Source of the DNA: a virus
Lineage: Duplodnaviria; Caudoviricetes
Direction: 5' to 3' (one strand)
IMG/VR virus record: IMGVR_UViG_3300020403_000037
Span: 1-36,122 of that record
DNA: 36,122 nt
The stretch's first letter is position 1. Each line of letters opens with the position of its first letter. The notes under the pieces are model-generated. The model saw only the letters and a program-made list of their open reading frames with translations, made no database searches and was not told the origin of the DNA. This document shows positions 33,704-36,122 of this stretch, in pieces. The position numbers were made by a program, and so were the translations under genes.

Positions 33704-36122
33704 ATGGCAATACGAGTAGTTGGTGTAAACTCTACGTTTGAGCAGCAAAGGCAAGTTATTAATGCAATTTCGACTGATGTAGATTCTGCATTAAACTCTA
33801 GTGTTGCTTTTGCCCAAACGGCAGGAATAGCAACTGTTGCTCAGAGAGCAAATGTGGCAACTGTTGCTGAAGGAATAACAGGTGCTCCAGACGCAATAGT
33901 TGGAGTTCTTACTGCTACATCTTTTGATGGAGATGGTTCTACTCTTTCTGGAGTAGTCACTTCTATTGTTGGTGGTCAAAATGTGACCGTATCCAATAAT
34001 TCTGGTGTGTATACCATTAATTCTTCTGGTGGTGGAGGTGGTACTGGACAGGATGGTGTTTGGGAAACCACAAGTGCTGGTATTAACACTGTATCTAATG
34101 TTGGTATTGGCAACACTATGCCAGACCAAAAATTAGTAGTAAGTGGTAATGGTAGATTTACTGGTGTTGTAACTGCATTTAGACTTGAAACTTCAGGTGG
34201 TGATGTTACCAGTTTCATTGCTGGTCTTCGTGCAGCAGCAAACCTCTCTAATTCTGCAGGTAATATTTTAGTTGGTGATGATGCTGGTTCAAATTTAGCA
34301 TCAAATTCTGACTACAACGTAGCAATTGGTAGTTCTACTCTTTCCAGTGCTAGTGCAAGTGGATTATCAGGCAACGTTGCTATCGGTAAGAACGCATTTA
34401 AAGAAGGCACTACTGGTTACAATAACGTAGCAATAGGTAAAGACGCATTCCAACTTGCTACAGACTCTTTTGGAAGTGTTGCGATTGGTGCATCTGCTTC
34501 TGGTGGTAACCAATCTGGAGAACTTACAGTTGCTATTGGATATAAAGCAGGTTATACGCAGTCAGGTGTTCAAAATGTCCTGATTGGAGATGGTGCTGGA
34601 GAAGACTCTGGATACCAGAATAATGGAAACTTAAACGTTGCCGTTGGTTCAAAAGCAGGAGCAAAATTAAACACAGGTGGATATAATACCCTTCTTGGTG
34701 CTTTATCGGGAGAGAATAGACCAATAAATGGTAGTTACAATACTGGACTTGGTGCATATACACTACGAAATCTGAACAGTGGTAGTTACAATACTGCAGG
34801 TGGTAATTCTGCTTTAGCAGGTGGAACAATTGCTGGTAACTACAATACAGGTTTTGGTAACCAAGCACTATACAACGTAAGCACTGGTGACGGAAACGTC
34901 GCAATGGGTCACAATGCACTATTTAATATCGGTGCTGGTTCAAATAACGTTGCTATTGGAAATGAGGCTGGATATGAACTAAATGATGCACAGCAGGGTA
35001 ACGTACTTCTTGGATACAGAACAGGATATGACTCTGATGGTGGAGATTACAATACTTTAATTGGTTACTATGCTGGTTCTCAATACGAGAACGACTACAA
35101 CGTAGCAATCGGATACTTTACTGGATATCAGTCTGGTAACTCCCGTGGACAAGTCCTTCTTGGTAGTGGTGCTGGATACGAATGTAAAGGTGATTTCAAC
35201 ATTGGTATTGGTTGGAACTCTCTATATGACCACGATGGCAATGGTGGATATAATATTGCCATTGGATATGAATCACTATATCGTGATGGTGCTGTTAGTG
35301 ACTTTAACATTGGTATTGGATATAGAGCAATCTATGGTACAACAAATACCAGTGGAAACTACAATATTGCATTAGGTAGGGAAGCACTATTTGGTGTACA
35401 AGAGGGTGAAGGAAACATTGTTATTGGTAATTATGCTGCTAAAGAAATTACCAGTGGAACAAACAATGTTGTAATTATTGCAGGTAGCACTGAGACTACT
35501 CTTGGTGTTTCCCCAACTGGAACTCAACAGTTAGTTATTGGTTCTGGTCATACTTCATGGATAAGTGGAACATCAAACTACAATGTTGGTATTGGTTCTA
35601 CACTACCTGCGTCAAAACTTGATGTTGATGGTGATGTAGCAGTCACTGGAGTCGTTACTGCAACCAGATTTGAAAGTTCTAGTGCAGGAACTCCAACTAT
35701 TGATTCACCAAATAACTTAAACATTAATGCGGTTACTGTTGCAATCAGTACAGACTTAAGTGTTGGAAGAAATGTCACTGCACAGCAGTTTGTCGGAGAT
35801 GGTTCTGGACTAACTGGTATTGTTGCCCAAGGAACAGGAATTGTTATCCAAGATGAAAGTTCTTCTGTTGGTGTTGCTGGAACTATTAACTTTGTCGGAA
35901 CTGGTGTAACAGCAACCTTATCAAATGGAATTGCTTCTGTAGAAGTAAATCTTGGTGCTAGCACTGATACACTTGATGATGTCCTTGCTAGAGGAGCAAC
36001 AACTACAAGAGACATCACTACAACTGGAAAGGTATTATTTGCAAACCATTATGCTACTTTAGGTGATCTTCCAAGTGCAACTACCTATCATGGTATGTTT
36101 GCTCATGTTCATGCTGAAGGTC
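33704..36122 (+). CDS. tail fibre with a long YadA-head-like beta-roll region, 3'-truncated by the window edge (not in ORF track)
   Basis: SD GAGGAG at 33693-33698. The frame from ATG33704 is open to the window end (806 codons): MAIRVVGVNSTFEQQRQVINAI..., about 25 NxxxG repeats, VGIG modules, ending LPSATTYHGMFAHVHAEG. Confidence 0.9.
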   Translation, partial: MAIRVVGVNSTFEQQRQVINAISTDVDSALNSSVAFAQTAGIATVAQRANVATVAEGITGAPDAIVGVLTATSFDGDGSTLSGVVTSIVGGQNVTVSNNSGVYTINSSGGGGGTGQDGVWETTSAGINTVSNVGIGNTMPDQKLVVSGNGRFTGVVTAFRLETSGGDVTSFIAGLRAAANLSNSAGNILVGDDAGSNLASNSDYNVAIGSSTLSSASASGLSGNVAIGKNAFKEGTTGYNNVAIGKDAFQLATDSFGSVAIGASASGGNQSGELTVAIGYKAGYTQSGVQNVLIGDGAGEDSGYQNNGNLNVAVGSKAGAKLNTGGYNTLLGALSGENRPINGSYNTGLGAYTLRNLNSGSYNTAGGNSALAGGTIAGNYNTGFGNQALYNVSTGDGNVAMGHNALFNIGAGSNNVAIGNEAGYELNDAQQGNVLLGYRTGYDSDGGDYNTLIGYYAGSQYENDYNVAIGYFTGYQSGNSRGQVLLGSGAGYECKGDFNIGIGWNSLYDHDGNGGYNIAIGYESLYRDGAVSDFNIGIGYRAIYGTTNTSGNYNIALGREALFGVQEGEGNIVIGNYAAKEITSGTNNVVIIAGSTETTLGVSPTGTQQLVIGSGHTSWISGTSNYNVGIGSTLPASKLDVDGDVAVTGVVTATRFESSSAGTPTIDSPNNLNINAVTVAISTDLSVGRNVTAQQFVGDGSGLTGIVAQGTGIVIQDESSSVGVAGTINFVGTGVTATLSNGIASVEVNLGASTDTLDDVLARGATTTRDITTTGKVLFANHYATLGDLPSATTYHGMFAHVHAEG

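Noticed and set aside
33699-33706. TATAAATG as the late promoter for fibre 2
   Set aside because: It overlaps the ATG, so a transcript from it would lack the SD and start codon.
1936-36018. Numerous minus-strand and alternate-frame ORFs in the track (e.g. 13822..14580, 12484..12999, 25018..25470, 35578..36018)
   Set aside because: They lie within long plus-strand genes and are explained as shadows of biased codon usage. None has a recognisable motif.

Overview
This is a 36-kb, AT-rich, all-plus-strand segment of a T4-like myovirus, most likely a cyanomyovirus (Kyanoviridae-like; the host is inferred, not shown). The left end holds the 3' part of a GT-A glycosyltransferase, a UNCG-loop terminator, a sigma70-type promoter, a 47-aa basic ORF missed by the ORF track, and an ATP-grasp-like ORF. 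The rest is the late baseplate/tail module: gp25, gp6, a giant gp7-like wedge protein, gp8, a 2514-aa VrlC/DUF4815 protein, several small virion proteins, and a >806-aa beta-roll fibre that runs off the window and is also missed by the track. The gp7-like protein appears split in two (2609 aa + 1613 aa) around a three-gene fibre cassette. The most notable observations are four. (i) The split falls inside one repeated domain and leaves a triple 'FD' tail right before a gp9/gp10-type fibre. (ii) An x-G-[IVLF]-x-[ST] motif pervades the virion proteins next to a glycosyltransferase, a possible virion glycosylation system. (iii) A basic peptide sits beside the ATP-grasp-like gene. (iv) A perfect TTGACA-17-TATAAT promoter lies inside the late cluster. 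I saw no tRNA, CRISPR array, intron, intein or reverse transcriptase. Family assignments come from motif recognition, not database searches.
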